Origin: Eledone cirrhosa
Taxonomy: Eukaryota
DNA length: 64,000 nt
NCBI GenBank assembly: GCA_964016885.1
Contig: OZ024754.1
Span: 25,048,001 to 25,112,000, forward strand
Reading direction: 5' to 3'
Below the pieces are notes generated by a model. It was not told where the DNA came from, ran no database searches, and was given only the letters and a program-made list of their open reading frames with translations. Below are positions 31,945 to 48,258 of the stretch, one piece after another. Every line of letters begins with the position of its first letter. Position 1 is the stretch's first letter. The position numbers were made by a program, and so were the translations under genes.

Positions 31945-32813
31945 TACTGTACGTCTGTATGCATATATGTATGTACGTATACATACATACTTACATTTAA
32001 GTAAGTGAGTGAGAAATGAAATCTCATTTCATTCTATTCCATTTTATCGTTTTCGAGGCGCCTGGCCGACTGAACTCACTCGATATGCAAACTAGGCTGC
32101 TCAGCCGTTAATTTTCATAATGTATATACTTTTGAACGTTCAACCATCTGGCAGATGGGTATACGGTGCTGAGGATAGCTAACAAACTTGCAACTAGTAC
32201 ACCATTCCTGTGTCAGTGTTGAACAAAAAGTTGACGTGGTTGCCTTAACACCGTACGGCATAAATCAGGCTGTCCGTTTGTTTACAAAAGGACAAAGCGA
32301 GCATTATAATAAATTTTCGCTAATCTGATACATACATATATATATGTGTGCCTTTATGTATATATATATATACATGCTACTGTACGTCTGTATGCATATA
32401 TGTATGTACGTATACATACATAATTACATTTAAGTAAGTGCCAGACTAAGAGTGAAAAATTTCATTTCATTTCATTGTATTCTATTTTATTGTTTTCAGT
32501 GCGCCTGACCGACTGAACTCACTCGATATGCAAATTAGGCTGCTCAGCCGTTAATTATCATAAGTTCGAACCTTCGAACGTTCAACCATCTGGCAGAAGG
32601 ATATACGGTGCTGACGATAGTTAACAAGCTTGAAACTAGTACATCGTTCCTGTGTCAGTATTGAACAAAAAGGTGACGTGGTTGCCTTAACACCGTACGG
32701 CATAAACCAGGCTGTCCGTTTGTTTACAAACTGACAAAGCGAGCATTATAATAAATGTTCGTTAAACTGATACATAATATATATATGTGTGCCTGTATAT
32801 ATATATGTGTGCC

Positions 32814-32889
<76 letters not shown>

Positions 32890-33450
32890 CTACTGCACGT
32901 CTATATGCATATATGTATGTACGTATACATACATACTTACATTTAAGTAAGTGCCGTACAAAGAGTGAGAAATGAAATTTCATTTTATTCTATTACATTT
33001 TATCGTTTTCCATGCGCCTGGGCGCCTGAACTCACTCGATATGCAAATTAGGCTGCTCAGCCGTTAATTTTCATGAGGAAAGTATATACTTTCGAACGTT
33101 CAACTATCTGGCAGAAGGGTATACGGTGCTGACGATAGCTAACAAGCTTGAAACTAGTACATCGTTCCTGTGTCAGTGTTGAACAAAAAGGTGACGTGGT
33201 TACCTTAACACCGTACGGCATAAATCAAGCTGTCCGTTTGTTTACAAACGGACACAGCGAGCATTATAATAAATGTTCGCTAAACTGATACTTACATATA
33301 TATATATATGTGTCCCTGTATGTATATATACGTCTGTATGCATATATGTATGTACGTATACATACAAACTTACATTTAAGTAAGTGCCGTACAAAGAGTG
33401 AGAAATGAAACTTCATTTCATTCTACTCCATTTTATCGTTTTTGGTGCGC

Positions 33451-33494
<44 letters not shown>

Positions 33495-33782
33495 GCACAC
33501 ATATATATTACGTATCAGTTTAACGCTTTGTCCTTTTGTAAACAAACGTACAGCCTGCTTTATGCCGTACGGTGTTAAGGCAACCACGTCAACTGACGAT
33601 AGCTAACAAGCTTGAAACTAGTACATCGTTCCTGTGTCAGTGTTGAACAAAAAGGTGACGTGGTTACCTTAACACCGTACGGCATAAATCAAGCTGTCCG
33701 TCTGTTTACAAATGGACAAAGCGAGCATTATAATAAATGTTCGCTAAACTGATACTTACATATATATATATATGTGTCCCTG

Positions 33783-33827
<45 letters not shown>

Positions 33828-35157
33828 GCTACTGTACGTCTGTATGCATATATGCATGTACGTATACATACATACTTACATTTAAGTAAGTGCCGTACAA
33901 AGAGTGAGAAATGAAATTTCATTTCATTCTATTCCATTTTATCGTTTTCGAGGCGCCTGGCCGACTGAACTCACTCGATATGCAAATTAGGCTGCTCAGC
34001 CGTTAATTTTCATAAGGAAAGTATATACTTTCGAACGTTCAACCATCTGGCAGAAGGATATACGGTGCTGACGATAGCTAACAAGCTTGAAACTAGTACA
34101 CCGTTGCTGTGTCAGTGTGACCAAAAAGTTGACGTGGTTGCATTAACACCGTACGGCATAAATCAGGCTGTCCGTTTGTTTACAAAAGGACAAAGCGAGC
34201 ATTATAATAAATGTTCGCTAATCTGATACGTACATATATATATGTGTGCCTTTATGTATATATATATATATATATATACATTCTACTGTACGTCTGTATG
34301 CATATATGTATGTACGTATACATACATACTTACATTTAAGTAAGTGCCGTACAAAGAGTGAGAAATGAAATTTCATTTCATTCTATTCCAATTTATCGTT
34401 TTCAGTGCGCCTGACCGACTGAACTCACTCGATATGCAAATTAGGCTGCTCAGCCGTTAATTTTCATAAGGAAAGTATATACTTTCGAACGTTCAACCAT
34501 CTGGCAGAAGGGTATACGGTGCTGACGATAGCTAACAAGCTTGAAACTAGTACATCGTTCCTGTGTCAGTGTTGAACAAAAAGGCGACGTAGTTACCATA
34601 ACACCGTACCGCATAAATCAAGCTGTCCGTTTGTTTACAAAAGGACAAAGCGTGCATTATAATAAATGTTCGCTAATCTGATACGTACATATATATATGT
34701 GTGCCTTTATGTATATATATATATATACATGCTACTGTACGTCTGTATGCATATATGTATGTACGTATACATACATACTTACATTTAAGTAAGTGCCAGA
34801 CTAAGAGTGAGAAATTTCATTTCATTTCATTCTATTCTATTTTTATCGTTTTCAGTGCGCCTGACCGACTGAACTCACTCGATATGCAAATTAGGCTGCT
34901 CAGCCGTTAATTTTCATAAGGAAAGTATATACTTTCGAACGTTCAACCATCTTGCAGAAGGTTATACGGTGCTGACGATAGCTAACAAGCTTGAAACTAG
35001 TACATCGTTCCTGTGTCAACGTTGAACAAAAAGGTGACGTGGTTACCTTAACACCGTACGATATAATACAGGCTGTCCGTTTGTTTGCAAACGGACAAAG
35101 CAAGCATTATAATAAATGTTTGCTAAACTGATATGTACATATATATATGTGTGCCTT

Positions 35158-35214
<57 letters not shown>

Positions 35215-35652
35215 GCTACTGTACGTCTGTATGCATATATGTATGTACGTATACACACATACTTACATTTAAGTAAGTGCCGTACTAAGAGTGAGAAATG
35301 AATTTTCATTTCATTCTACTCCATTTTATCGTTTTTTGGTGCGCCTGGCCAACTGAACTCACTCGATATGCAAATTAGGCTGCTCAGTCGTTAATTTTCA
35401 TAAGGAAAGTATATACTTTCGAACGTTCAACCATCTGGCAGAAGGGTATACGGTGCTGACGATAGCTAACAAGCTTGAAACTAGTACATCGTTCCTGTGT
35501 CAGTGTTGAACAAAAAGGTGACGCGGTTGCCTTAACACCGTACGGCATAAACCAGGCTGTCCGTTTGTTTACAAACGGACAAAGCGAGCATTATAATAAA
35601 TGTGCGTTAAACTGATACGTAATATATATATGTGTGCCTGTATATATATATA

Positions 35653-35697
<45 letters not shown>

Positions 35698-36120
35698 GCT
35701 ACTGTACGTCTATATGCATATATGTATGTACGTATACATACATACTTACATTTAAGTCAGTGCCAGACTAAGAGTGAGAAATTTCATTTCATTTCATCCT
35801 ATTCCATTTTATCGTTTTCGGTACGCCTGGCCGATTAAACTCACTCGATATGCAAATTAGGCTGCTCAGCCGTTAATTTTCATAAGGAAAGTATATACTT
35901 TCGAACGTTCAACCATCTGGCAGAAGGTTATACGGTGCTGACGATAGCTAACAAGCTTGAAACTAGTACATCGTTCCTGTGTCAACGTTGAACAAAAAGG
36001 TGACGTGGTTGCCTTAACACCGTACGATATAATACAGGCTGTCCGTTTGCTTACAAACGGACAAAGCGAGCATTATTATAAATGTTTGCTAAACTGATAT
36101 GTACATATATATATGTGTGC

Positions 36121-36180
<60 letters not shown>

Positions 36181-36587
36181 GCTACTGTACGTCTGTATGC
36201 ATATATGTATGTACGTATACACACATACTTACATTTAAGTAAGTGCCGTACTAAGAGTGAGAAATGAATTTTCATTTCATTCTACTCCATTTTATCGTTT
36301 TTGGTGCGCCTGGCCAACTGAACTCACTCGATATGCAAATTAGGCTGCTCAGTCGTTAATTTTCATAAGGAAAGTATATACTTTCGAACGTTCAACCATC
36401 TGGCAGAAGGGTATACGGTGCTGACGATAGCTAACAAGCTTGAAACTAGTACATCGTTCCTGTGTCAACGTTGAAAAAAAAGGTGTCGTGGTTGCCTTAA
36501 CACCGTACGTTTATTTACAAACGGACAAAGCGAGCATTATAATAAATGTTTGCTAAACTGATATGTACATATATATATGTGTGCATT

Positions 36588-36628
<41 letters not shown>

Positions 36629-37497
36629 TACTGTACGTCTGTATGCATATATGTATGTACGTATACATACATACTTACATTTAAGTAAGTGAGTGAGAAA
36701 TGAAATCTCATTTCATTCTATTCCATTTTATCGTTTTCGAGGCGCCTGGCCGACTGAACTCACTCGATATGCAAACTAGGCTGCTCAGCCGTTAATTTTC
36801 ATAAAGTATATACTTTTGAACGTTCAACCATCTGGCAGATGGGTATACGGTGCTGAGGATAGCTAACAAACTTGCAACTAGTACACCATTCCTGTGTCAG
36901 TGTTGAACAAAAAGTTGACGTGGTTGCCTTAACACCGTACGGCATAAATCAGGCTGTCCGTTTGTTTACAAAAGGACAAAGCGAGCATTATAATAAATTT
37001 TCGCTAATCTGATACATACATATATATATGTGTGCCTTTATGTATATATATATATACATGCTACTGTACGTCTGTATGCATATATGTATGTACGTATACA
37101 TACATAATTACATTTAAGTAAGTGCCAGACTAAGAGTGAAAAATTTCATTTCATTTCATTGTATTCTATTTTATTGTTTTCAGTGCGCCTGACCGACTGA
37201 ACTCACTCGATATGCAAATTAGGCTGCTCAGCCGTTAATTATCATAAGTTCGAACCTTCGAACGTTCAACCATCTGGCAGAAGGGTATACGGTGCTGACG
37301 ATAGTTAACAAGCTTGAAACTAGTACATCGTTCCTGTGTCAGTATTGAACAAAAAGGTGACGTGGTTGCCTTAACACCGTACGGCATAAACCAGGCTGTC
37401 CGTTTGTTTACAAACTGACAAAGCGAGCATTATAATAAATGTTCGTTAAACTGATACATAATATATATATGTGTGCCTGTATATATATATGTGTGCC

Positions 37498-37579
<82 letters not shown>

Positions 37580-38140
37580 CTACTGCACGTCTATATGCAT
37601 ATATGTATGTACGTATACATACATACTTACATTTAAGTAAGTGCCGTACAAAGAGTGAGAAATGAAATTTCATTTTATTCTATTACATTTTATCGTTTTC
37701 CATGCGCCTGGGCGCCTGAACTCACTCGATATGCAAATTAGGCTGCTCAGCCGTTAATTTTCATGAGGAAAGTATATACTTTCGAACGTTCAACTATCTG
37801 GCAGAAGGGTATACGGTGCTGACGATAGCTAACAAGCTTGAAACTAGTACATCGTTCCTGTGTCAGTGTTGAACAAAAAGGTGACGTGGTTACCTTAACA
37901 CCGTACGGCATAAATCAAGCTGTCCGTTTGTTTACAAACGGACACAGCGAGCATTATAATAAATGTTCGCTAAACTGATACTTACATATATATATATATG
38001 TGTCCCTGTATGTATATATACGTCTGTATGCATATATGTATGTACGTATACATACAAACTTACATTTAAGTAAGTGCCGTACAAAGAGTGAGAAATGAAA
38101 CTTCATTTCATTCTACTCCATTTTATCGTTTTTGGTGCGC

Positions 38141-38186
<46 letters not shown>

Positions 38187-38476
38187 GCACACATATATAT
38201 ATTACGTATCAGTTTAACGCTTTGTCCTTTTGTAAACAAACGTACAGCCTGCTTTATGCCGTACGGTGTTAAGGCAACCACGTCAACTGACGATAGCTAA
38301 CAAGCTTGAAACTAGTACATCGTTCCTGTGTCAGTGTTGAACAAAAAGGTGACGTGGTTACCTTAACACCGTACGGCATAAATCAAGCTGTCCGTCTGTT
38401 TACAAATGGACAAAGCGAGCATTATAATAAATGTTCGCTAAACTGATACTTACATATATATATATATGTGTCCCTG

Positions 38477-38515
<39 letters not shown>

Positions 38516-38953
38516 GCTACTGTACGTCTGTATGCATATATGCATGTACGTATACATACATACTTACATTTAAGTAAGTGCCGTACAAAGAGTGAGAAAT
38601 GAAATTTCATTTCATTCTATTCCATTTTATCGTTTTCGAGGCGCCTGGCCGACTGAACTCACTCGATATGCAAATTAGGCTGCTCAGCCGTTAATTATCA
38701 TAAGTTCGAACCTTCGAACGTTCAACCATCTGGCAGAAGGATATACGGTGCTGACGATAGTTAACAAGCTTGAAACTAGTACATCGTTCCTGTGTCAGTA
38801 TTGAACAAAAAGGTGACGTGGTTGCCTTAACACCGTACGGCATAAACCAGGCTGTCCGTTTGTTTACAAACTGACAAAGCGAGCATTATAATAAATGTTC
38901 GTTAAACTGATACATAATATATATATGTGTGCCTGTATATATATATGTGTGCC

Positions 38954-39033
<80 letters not shown>

Positions 39034-39596
39034 CTACTGCACGTCTATATGCATATATGTATGTACGTATACATACATACTTACATTTAAGTAAGTGCCG
39101 TACAAAGAGTGAGAAATGAAATTTCATTTTATTCTATTACATTTTATCGTTTTCCATGCGCCTGGGCGCCTGAACTCACTCGATATGCAAATTAGGCTGC
39201 TCAGCCGTTAATTTTCATGAGGAAAGTATATACTTTCGAACGTTCAACTATCTGGCAGAAGGGTATACGGTGCTGACGATAGCTAACAAGCTTGAAACTA
39301 GTACATCGTTCCTGTGTCAGTGTTGAACAAAAAGGTGACGTGGTTACCTTAACACCGTACGGCATAAATCAAGCTGTCCGTTTGTTTACAAACGGACACA
39401 GCGAGCATTATAATAAATGTTCGCTAAACTGATACATACATATATATATATATATGTGTCCCTGTATGTATATATACGTCTGTATGCATATATGTATGTA
39501 CGTATACATACAAACTTACATTTAAGTAAGTGCCGTACAAAGAGTGAGAAATGAAACTTCATTTCATTCTACTCCATTTTATCGTTTTTGGTGCGC

Positions 39597-39638
<42 letters not shown>

Positions 39639-41291
39639 GCACACATATATATATTACGTATCAGTTTAACGCTTTGTCCTTTTGTAAACAAACGTACAGC
39701 CTGCTTTATGCCGTACGGTGTTAAGGCAACCACGTCAACTGACGATAGCTAACAAGCTTGAAACTAGTACATCGTTCCTGTGTCAGTGTTGAACAAAAAG
39801 GTGACGTGGTTACCTTAACACCGTACGGCATAAATCAAGCTGTCCGTCTGTTTACAAATGGACAAAGCGAGCATTATAATAAATGTTCGCTAAACTGATA
39901 CTTACATATATATATATATGTGTCCCTGTATGTATATATATATATATATATATATACATGCTACTGTACGTCTGTATGCATATATGCATGTACGTATACA
40001 TACATACTTACATTTAAGTAAGTGCCGTACAAAGAGTGAGAAATGAAATTTCATTTCATTCTATTCCATTTTATCGTTTTCGAGGCGCCTGGCCGACTGA
40101 ACTCACTCGATATGCAAATTAGGCTGCTCAGCCGTTAATTTTCATAAGGAAAGTATATACTTTCGAACGTTCAACCATCTGGCAGAAGGGTATACGGTGC
40201 TGACGATAGCTAACAAGCTTGAAACTAGTACACCGTTGCTGTGTCAGTGTGACCAAAAAGTTGACGTGGTTGCATTAACACCGTACGGCATAAATCAGGC
40301 TGTCCGTTTGTTTACAAAAGGACAAAGCGAGCATTATAATAAATGTTCGCTAATCTGATACGTACATATATATATGTGTGCCTTTATGTATATATATATA
40401 TATATATATATACATTCTACTGTACGTCTGTATGCATATATGTATGTACGTATACATACATACTTACATTTAAGTAAGTGCCGTACAAAGAGTGAGAAAT
40501 GAAATTTCATTTCATTCTATTCCAATTTATCGTTTTCAGTGCGCCTGACCGACTGAACTCACTCGATATGCAAATTAGGCTGCTCAGCCGTTAATTTTCA
40601 TAAGGAAAGTATATACTTTCGAACGTTCAACCATCTGGCAGAAGGGTATACGGTGCTGACGATAGCTAACAAGCTTGAAACTAGTACATCGTTCCTGTGT
40701 CAGTGTTGAACAAAAAGGCGACGTAGTTACCATAACACCGTACCGCATAAATCAAGCTGTCCGTTTGTTTACAAAAGGACAAAGCGTGCATTATAATAAA
40801 TGTTCGCTAATCTGATACGTACATATATATATGTGTGCCTTTATGTATATATATATATATACATGCTACTGTACGTCTGTATGCATATATGTATGTACGT
40901 ATACATACATACTTACATTTAAGTAAGTGCCAGACTAAGAGTGAGAAATTTCATTTCATTTCATTCTATTCTATTTTTATCGTTTTCAGTGCGCCTGACC
41001 GACTGAACTCACTCGATATGCAAATTAGGCTGCTCAGCCGTTAATTTTCATAAGGAAAGTATATACTTTCGAACGTTCAACCATCTTGCAGAAGGTTATA
41101 CGGTGCTGACGATAGCTAACAAGCTTGAAACTAGTACATCGTTCCTGTGTCAACGTTGAACAAAAAGGTGACGTGGTTACCTTAACACCGTACGATATAA
41201 TACAGGCTGTCCGTTTGTTTGCAAACGGACAAAGCAAGCATTATAATAAATGTTTGCTAAACTGATATGTACATATATATATGTGTGCCTT

Positions 41292-41368
<77 letters not shown>

Positions 41369-41806
41369 GCTACTGTACGTCTGTATGCATATATGTATGT
41401 ACGTATACACACATACTTACATTTAAGTAAGTGCCGTACTAAGAGTGAGAAATGAATTTTCATTTCATTCTACTCCATTTTATCGTTTTTTGGTGCGCCT
41501 GGCCAACTGAACTCACTCGATATGCAAATTAGGCTGCTCAGTCGTTAATTTTCATAAGGAAAGTATATACTTTCGAACGTTCAACCATCTGGCAGAAGGG
41601 TATACAGTGCTGACGATAGCTAACAAGCTTGAAACTAGTACATCGTTCCTGTGTCAGTGTTGAACAAAAAGGTGACGCGGTTGCCTTAACACCGTACGGC
41701 ATAAACCAGGCTGTCCGTTTGTTTACAAACGGACAAAGCGAGCATTATAATAAATGTGCGTTAAACTGATACGTAATATATATATGTGTGCCTGTATATA
41801 TATATA

Positions 41807-41859
<53 letters not shown>

Positions 41860-42282
41860 GCTACTGTACGTCTATATGCATATATGTATGTACGTATACA
41901 TACATACTTACATTTAAGTCAGTGCCAGACTAAGAGTGAGAAATTTCATTTCATTTCATCCTATTCCATTTTATCGTTTTCGGTACGCCTGGCCGATTAA
42001 ACTCACTCGATATGCAAATTAGGCTGCTCAGCCGTTAATTTTCATAAGGAAAGTATATACTTTCGAACGTTCAACCATCTGGCAGAAGGTTATACGGTGC
42101 TGACGATAGCTAACAAGCTTGAAACTAGTACATCGTTCCTGTGTCAACGTTGAACAAAAAGGTGACGTGGTTGCCTTAACACCGTACGATATAATACAGG
42201 CTGTCCGTTTGCTTACAAACGGACAAAGCGAGCATTATAATAAATGTTTGCTAAACTGATATGTACATATATATATGTGTGC

Positions 42283-42352
<70 letters not shown>

Positions 42353-42782
42353 GCTACTGTACGTCTGTATGCATATATGTATGTACGTATACACACATAC
42401 TTACATTTAAGTAAGTGCCGTACTAAGAGTGAGAAATGAATTTTCATTTCATTCTACTCCATTTTATCGTTTTTGGTGCGCCTGGCCAACTGAACTCACT
42501 CGATATGCAAATTAGGCTGCTCAGTCGTTAATTTTCATAAGGAAAGTATATACTTTCGAACGTTCAACCATCTGGCAGAAGGGTATACGGTGCTGACGAT
42601 AGCTAACAAGCTTGAAACTAGTACATCGTAACTGTGTCAGTGTTGAACAAAAAGGTGACGTGGTTACCTTAACACCGTACGGCATAAATCAAGCTGTACG
42701 TTTGTTTACAAACGGACAAAGCGAGCATTATAATAAATGTTCGCTAAACTGATACTTACATATATATATATATGTGTCCCTG

Positions 42783-42885
<103 letters not shown>

Positions 42886-44221
42886 GCTACTGTACGTATG
42901 TATGCATATATGCATGTACGTATACATACATACTTACATTTAAGTAAGTTCCGTACAAAGAGTGAGAAATGAAATTTCATTTCATTCTATTCCATTTTAT
43001 CGTTTTCGAGGCGCCTGGCCGACTGAACTCACTCGATATGCAAATTAGGCTGCTCAGCCGTTAATTTTCATAAGGAAAGTATATACTTTCGAACGTTCAA
43101 CCATCTGGCAGAAGGGTATACGGTGCTGAGGATAGCTAACAAGCTTGAAACTAGTACACCGTTCCTGTGTCAGTGTTGAACAAAAAGTTGACGTGGTTGC
43201 CTTAACACCGTACGGCATAAATCAGGCTGTCCGTTTGTTTACAAAAGGACAAAGCGAGCATTATAATAAATGTTTGCTAATCTGATACGTACATATATAT
43301 ATGTGTGCCTTTATGTATATATATATATATATATACATGCTACTGTACGTCTGTATGCATATATGTATGTACGTATACATACATACTTACATTTAAGTAA
43401 GTGCCGTACAAAGAGTGAGAAATGAAATTTCATTTCATTCTATTCCATTTTATCGTTTTCAGTGCGCCTGACCGACTGAACTCACTCGATATGCAAATTA
43501 GGCTGCTCAGCCGTTAATTTTCATAAGGAAAGTATATACTTTCGAACGTTCAACCATCTGGCAGAAGGGTATACGGTGCTGACGATAGCTAACAAGCTTG
43601 AAACTAGTACATCGTTCCTGTGTCAGTGTGGAACAAAAATGTGGCCTCGTTGCCTTAACACCGTACGGCATAAATAAGGCTGTCCATTTGTTTACAAACG
43701 GACAAAGCGAGCATTATAATAAATTTTCGCTAAACTGATACGTACATATATATATGTGTGCCTGTATGTATATATATATACATGCTACTGTACGTCTGTA
43801 TACATATATGTATTTACGTATACATACAAACTTACATTTAAGTAAGTGCCGTGCTAAGAGTGAGAAATGAAATTTCATTTTATTCTATTACATTTTATCG
43901 TTTTCCATGCGCCTGGGCGCCTGAACTCACTCGATATGCAAATTAGGCTGCTCAGCCGTTAATTTTCATAAGGAAAGTATACACTTTCGAACGTTCAACC
44001 ATCTGGCAGAAGGTTATACGGTGCTGATGATAGCTAACAAGCTTGAAACTTGTACATCGTTCCTGTGTCAGTGTTGAACAAAAAGGTGACGTGGTAGCCT
44101 TAACACCGTACGGTATAAATCAGGCTGTCCGTTTGTTTACAAACGGACAAAGCGAGCATTATAATAAATGTTCGCTAAACTGATGCGTACATATATATAT
44201 GTGTGCCTGTATGTATGTATG

Positions 44222-44314
<93 letters not shown>

Positions 44315-44842
44315 GCTACTGTACGTCTGTATGCATATATGTATGTACGTATACATACATACTTACATTTAAGTAAGTGCCGTACTAAGAGTGAGAAAGG
44401 AAATTTCATTTCATTCTATTGCATTTTATCGTTTTCGGTGCGCCTGGCCGACTGAACTCATTCGATATGCAAATTAGGCTGCTCATCCGTTAATTTTCAT
44501 AAGGAAAGTATATACTTTCGAACGTTCAACTATCTGGCAGAAGGGTATACGGTGCTGACGATAGCTAACAAGCTTGAAACTAGTATATCGTTCCTGTGTC
44601 TGTGTTGAACAAAAAGGTGACGTGGTTGCCTTAACACCGTACGGCATAAATCAGGCCGTCCGTTTCTTTACAAACGGACGAAGCGAATATTATAATAAAT
44701 GTTCGCTAAACTGATACGTACATATATATAGATGTGTGCCTGTATGTATATATATATATATAACGAAGGAAATGTGGTAAGGAACCAGGTGGACCGTAAC
44801 GCACCAAAGTACTCAATACTTAGGGTAGTAGAGTGGGTAATA

Positions 44843-44954
44843 GGAACAAGTAAGACCCCGACGGGTGAGCTCAAGCCGTTTCGGCGGCTAATTCTGGACT
44901 GAATGAAAATTTATTCTGGTATTTAAATAGCCGAGCTTATCAAGGGGTAATTCC
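44843..44954 (-). ncRNA. Variant type I hammerhead (U3-A8 core) in the PLE family 1 pLTR
   Basis: Minus strand reads acccc TTGATAA g..cggcta-[long loop]-tagccg.c GAAA cggc-ttgagctca-cccg TC ggggt. There is one mismatch in stem III. Confidence 0.68.
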
Positions 44955-46115
44955 ATATATGCTCAAAGAGATAATCACCAGGATTGGTCACATTACAAGT
45001 TAGTAGTAAATTTGTGATGGCAAATTGGTGGGGGAAGGGGTAGCTAAACCTGCTGGTAGGAGAAAATGTAGAGGGGGTGGAGTAGACCTATTCATGCGTT
45101 GGTAGTGCCGGCTACAGCTGGGCGTGAGGTCAAAGAGGATACTGGGGAGGGGGGAGTCGAAACGGTAAGTAGAACAATGAAGGGTAAAACTATAAAAAGT
45201 ACTGAGAGAGAAAAAAAAAGCAAAGTCTGGTTACTAAGACTTAAGTCTCTCTCTATTGCTAGGCTAAAGAAATACATAAATAAATAAATAAACAAATAAG
45301 TGAATAAAAGAATAGACAAATAAATTTTAAAAAAATATATATAATGAAGAATAAAAAAAAATAATAAATAATAATAAAAATAAACTAGGTGGGACGGAAA
45401 TACATGGACCCTTATACGAGGTATAAGTGCGTGTATCGTACGGTGACGGGTCAACAAAGGGGAGCCAATATACTAAAGAGACTACCACGAAATAATAAAG
45501 GTTTCTGCGCCAATCACAGGGCCAGCAACCACCCAGTGCAAGAAAGTAAACTAGTACGAGAATATAATTCAGGGTTCCGCAAAAAAATACTAGTGCTAAC
45601 TCTAAGGTTACCGCCACGAAACAAAAAGTCTTATACAAGCTACATGAAAGATGGTACGAAGTAAAAGTAAAGAACGGAAAATTAATACAGAAACAATCCC
45701 CCCCCTCCCCCCAAAAAGGAAAAAGAAGAAAGAAATACTGGATAAACGAGAAATTAAAGCAAAGATGCCACTAAGAAATATAGAAGGCACGGAAAAAAGG
45801 AACAGCGGTCGGAGAAGGGGGCAAGTATCCGAAGTCTAACACCTCTGCTATAAAAAGCGGAGTCAGCCAAATCTATCATAGAATAGGGGAGGGCGTGGGG
45901 TGCTGAAGCTACAAGGGACCGAGGGGCTACCTCGGGTGGGCGAGAAAAAGACGACGACAAAGAAAAGGAACTGGGGTAGAAGGACTAGGGAGGGATGGGG
46001 GAAGGAGGAAATATAGAGGAAGCGATAAAAGAATGTAAAAGAAGATCTTACGTCTCCATTGGCAAGCAGGGGTTACCCATTACAAAATAGGCAAGTGGGG
46101 TGTTATAGCCCTAGT

Positions 46116-48258
46116 CTACCCCTCCCTCCGGTCATTATGGGGTTTGAGAGCGAGGTAAGTCCTACGTAATCGGTGTTTACATACAACAACCAGTTCATCT
46201 TTCTTGTTTAGGAGTTGGTCCGTCGAAAACAACATTTGTAAAGTTTCCTCCGAGCATAAATTGCACGGACGGCGTCCTCCCGTGTAAGAGTTGGCTCTGG
46301 ACAGTAATTTCCAAGTGAGATCATAGTTGATGTTGTTGTCCTTGAGGTCCCTTTTGTGGCCCGAAAGTGTAGTGGCGTGACGCCGGGCCGGGTTTCGGAA
46401 GGTATGTCTGTGTTGGTATAGCCGGGTCTTGAAGTCACATGCGGTTAATCCTATATAAGCTTTGTTGGAGGTGTCCGTGCTCACGTTGCACTGGTAGATC
46501 ACATTACGGTCTCTGCATCTGTTGTCGAGGGGGTAACTGGATCTATCAGGACAGTTGCACCTCCTGGTCGGCTCTCCACTGCTATTTAGGTTGTTTCTTC
46601 CATAGGGGTTGAGGTTTTTGTTGTTGGAGGAGACGATGTTTTGTGCGAAGTTAGGTGTAGTGTTGTAAGAGAGTTTGATGGTATTTTTGTTAATTATATT
46701 GTGGTAGCGGTGTTGTGGTGGGAAGTGTTTTTCAATGAGCCTAAAGAAAATTTTCCCGATGGGAGTTGTCACCTCGGCGTTGTGGGGAGGATTGAACCAT
46801 GTTACATTGCGTGAGCGGCGGTGTCGCCTGCTGGTTCCGCTAATGGGAGCTGGACAGTAGGATATTTCCTCCCGGAAACCACTCCGCTTGAGGGCCTGGT
46901 TGTAGTAAGGCGCATGTTCATCGAATATCTTCTCATTAGCCGACAAACGGGATATGCGGAGGGAGATGTTTTTGACCAGGTTGTTGGTGATGTTCCTAGG
47001 ATGGTTAGATCGGCGGTGGATGTAGTGCAGGTTGTCATTGGGTTTCCTGTATGGGTAGTACAGGTCATTATTCAGATCGAGGGTAACGTCCAGGAAATTA
47101 ACTCGGGTCAGGGACGTTTGTAGGGTTTATTTTAAATCCCCAGTCGCGGAAGAAGCTGATTAATTGTTTATGGACCCGATATGTACTACTGGGGTTGTAC
47201 CCTTTAAGGGTAAGGAGCCCATCATCACGGTACAATCCACCACCGAAAGCAGGAAACATATCGGTGAGTTTGGCTATTAGGAATAATCCTATAATATCTG
47301 TGACCTCCGCCGAATCCGTAGCGCCCATGCTGACGTCGAAGGGTGAGTCGGGAGCTCTTTTTATCCATTTGGAGTTGTCAAAGAGTAAGACTGTCTTCCT
47401 GGCGTGGAGGATGATTTTCCTTTCCTGGTCGGTGATGGGCACAAGTGTTTCGGCGAAGTCCAAGGCGGCAGTAAGTAGCGGTAAGGTGATTGAAGCATAG
47501 TAGCTCTCTATGTCGAACTAGATAAATTTAGTGTCTCGTTTATCCTCCATATTGCTGAACCATGAGATAACTTCCTAGGCTAAGTCGGGCGTGTTGCTTG
47601 ACTTTTGGTATCATGCGGTCTAGGATTTTTTTGCTGATTCTCCCGATGTCGGACTTCGTTGGGTTTATAAGCCTGATAGATGGTTTACGGTCGAAATCGG
47701 ATTTGTGGTCCTTCAGTCTGAAGTAGGGTGTCCGCGGGTCTAGGGGTTCGGTGCGGTCGGCGACCCCGAGGCTGGAGGTAATTTGTTGTCCATCTCGATT
47801 AATGTCCTCGATGCATGAGTGGTTAGCCTTTTTATAGGTGGAGTTTAGTCTGCTCCTGATCAGTGTATGGTATCTGTCGGGGTTGACAAATTATAGGTTC
47901 CCAGTTTTATCCGAATGCACCATGATGTCATTGGTGTTATCATAATCTGTTAAGTTGCTACGGAGTTTTTGTAGGAATCGGTTGTGTCTGGGTTTGAATT
48001 TAAGGTTCTTGACCAGTTGGAAGACGTCATTCTCGAAGGGTGAGAGCAAAGGGTTCGGGGGGGGGGATTTGTAGGTAATAAATCCGAATCTCTCCTTGGT
48101 ACCGTAGTCCTGATTGTCGCAAAATCTGTCGTAGAAAAAAGTTCTCCATCTAAGTCTTTTCGCAAATAGATCGATTTTTTGCGTGAGCATCCGAAGGTAA
48201 AGTTTTTTCGGTGGGATTGGGATGTTCTTGGTAGAGAAGTCGTGTTGTGTTTTCGCAT
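46116..48258 (-). pseudogene. PLE family 1 RT + GIY-YIG ORF, copy 1 (disrupted)
   Basis: Motifs SDKTGN, PFDVSMG, GLYRDDGL, CNC..YP...C, VIYQ..AYIGLT, CNLC and CKH. Broken by frameshifts, TAA at 47891, TAG near 47519 and a short deletion near 47577. Confidence 0.92.

Noticed and set aside
45092-45960. Short ORFs in the PLE pLTRs and antisense to PLE ORFs
   Set aside because: Low-complexity or shadow frames that are not conserved in frame between copies.
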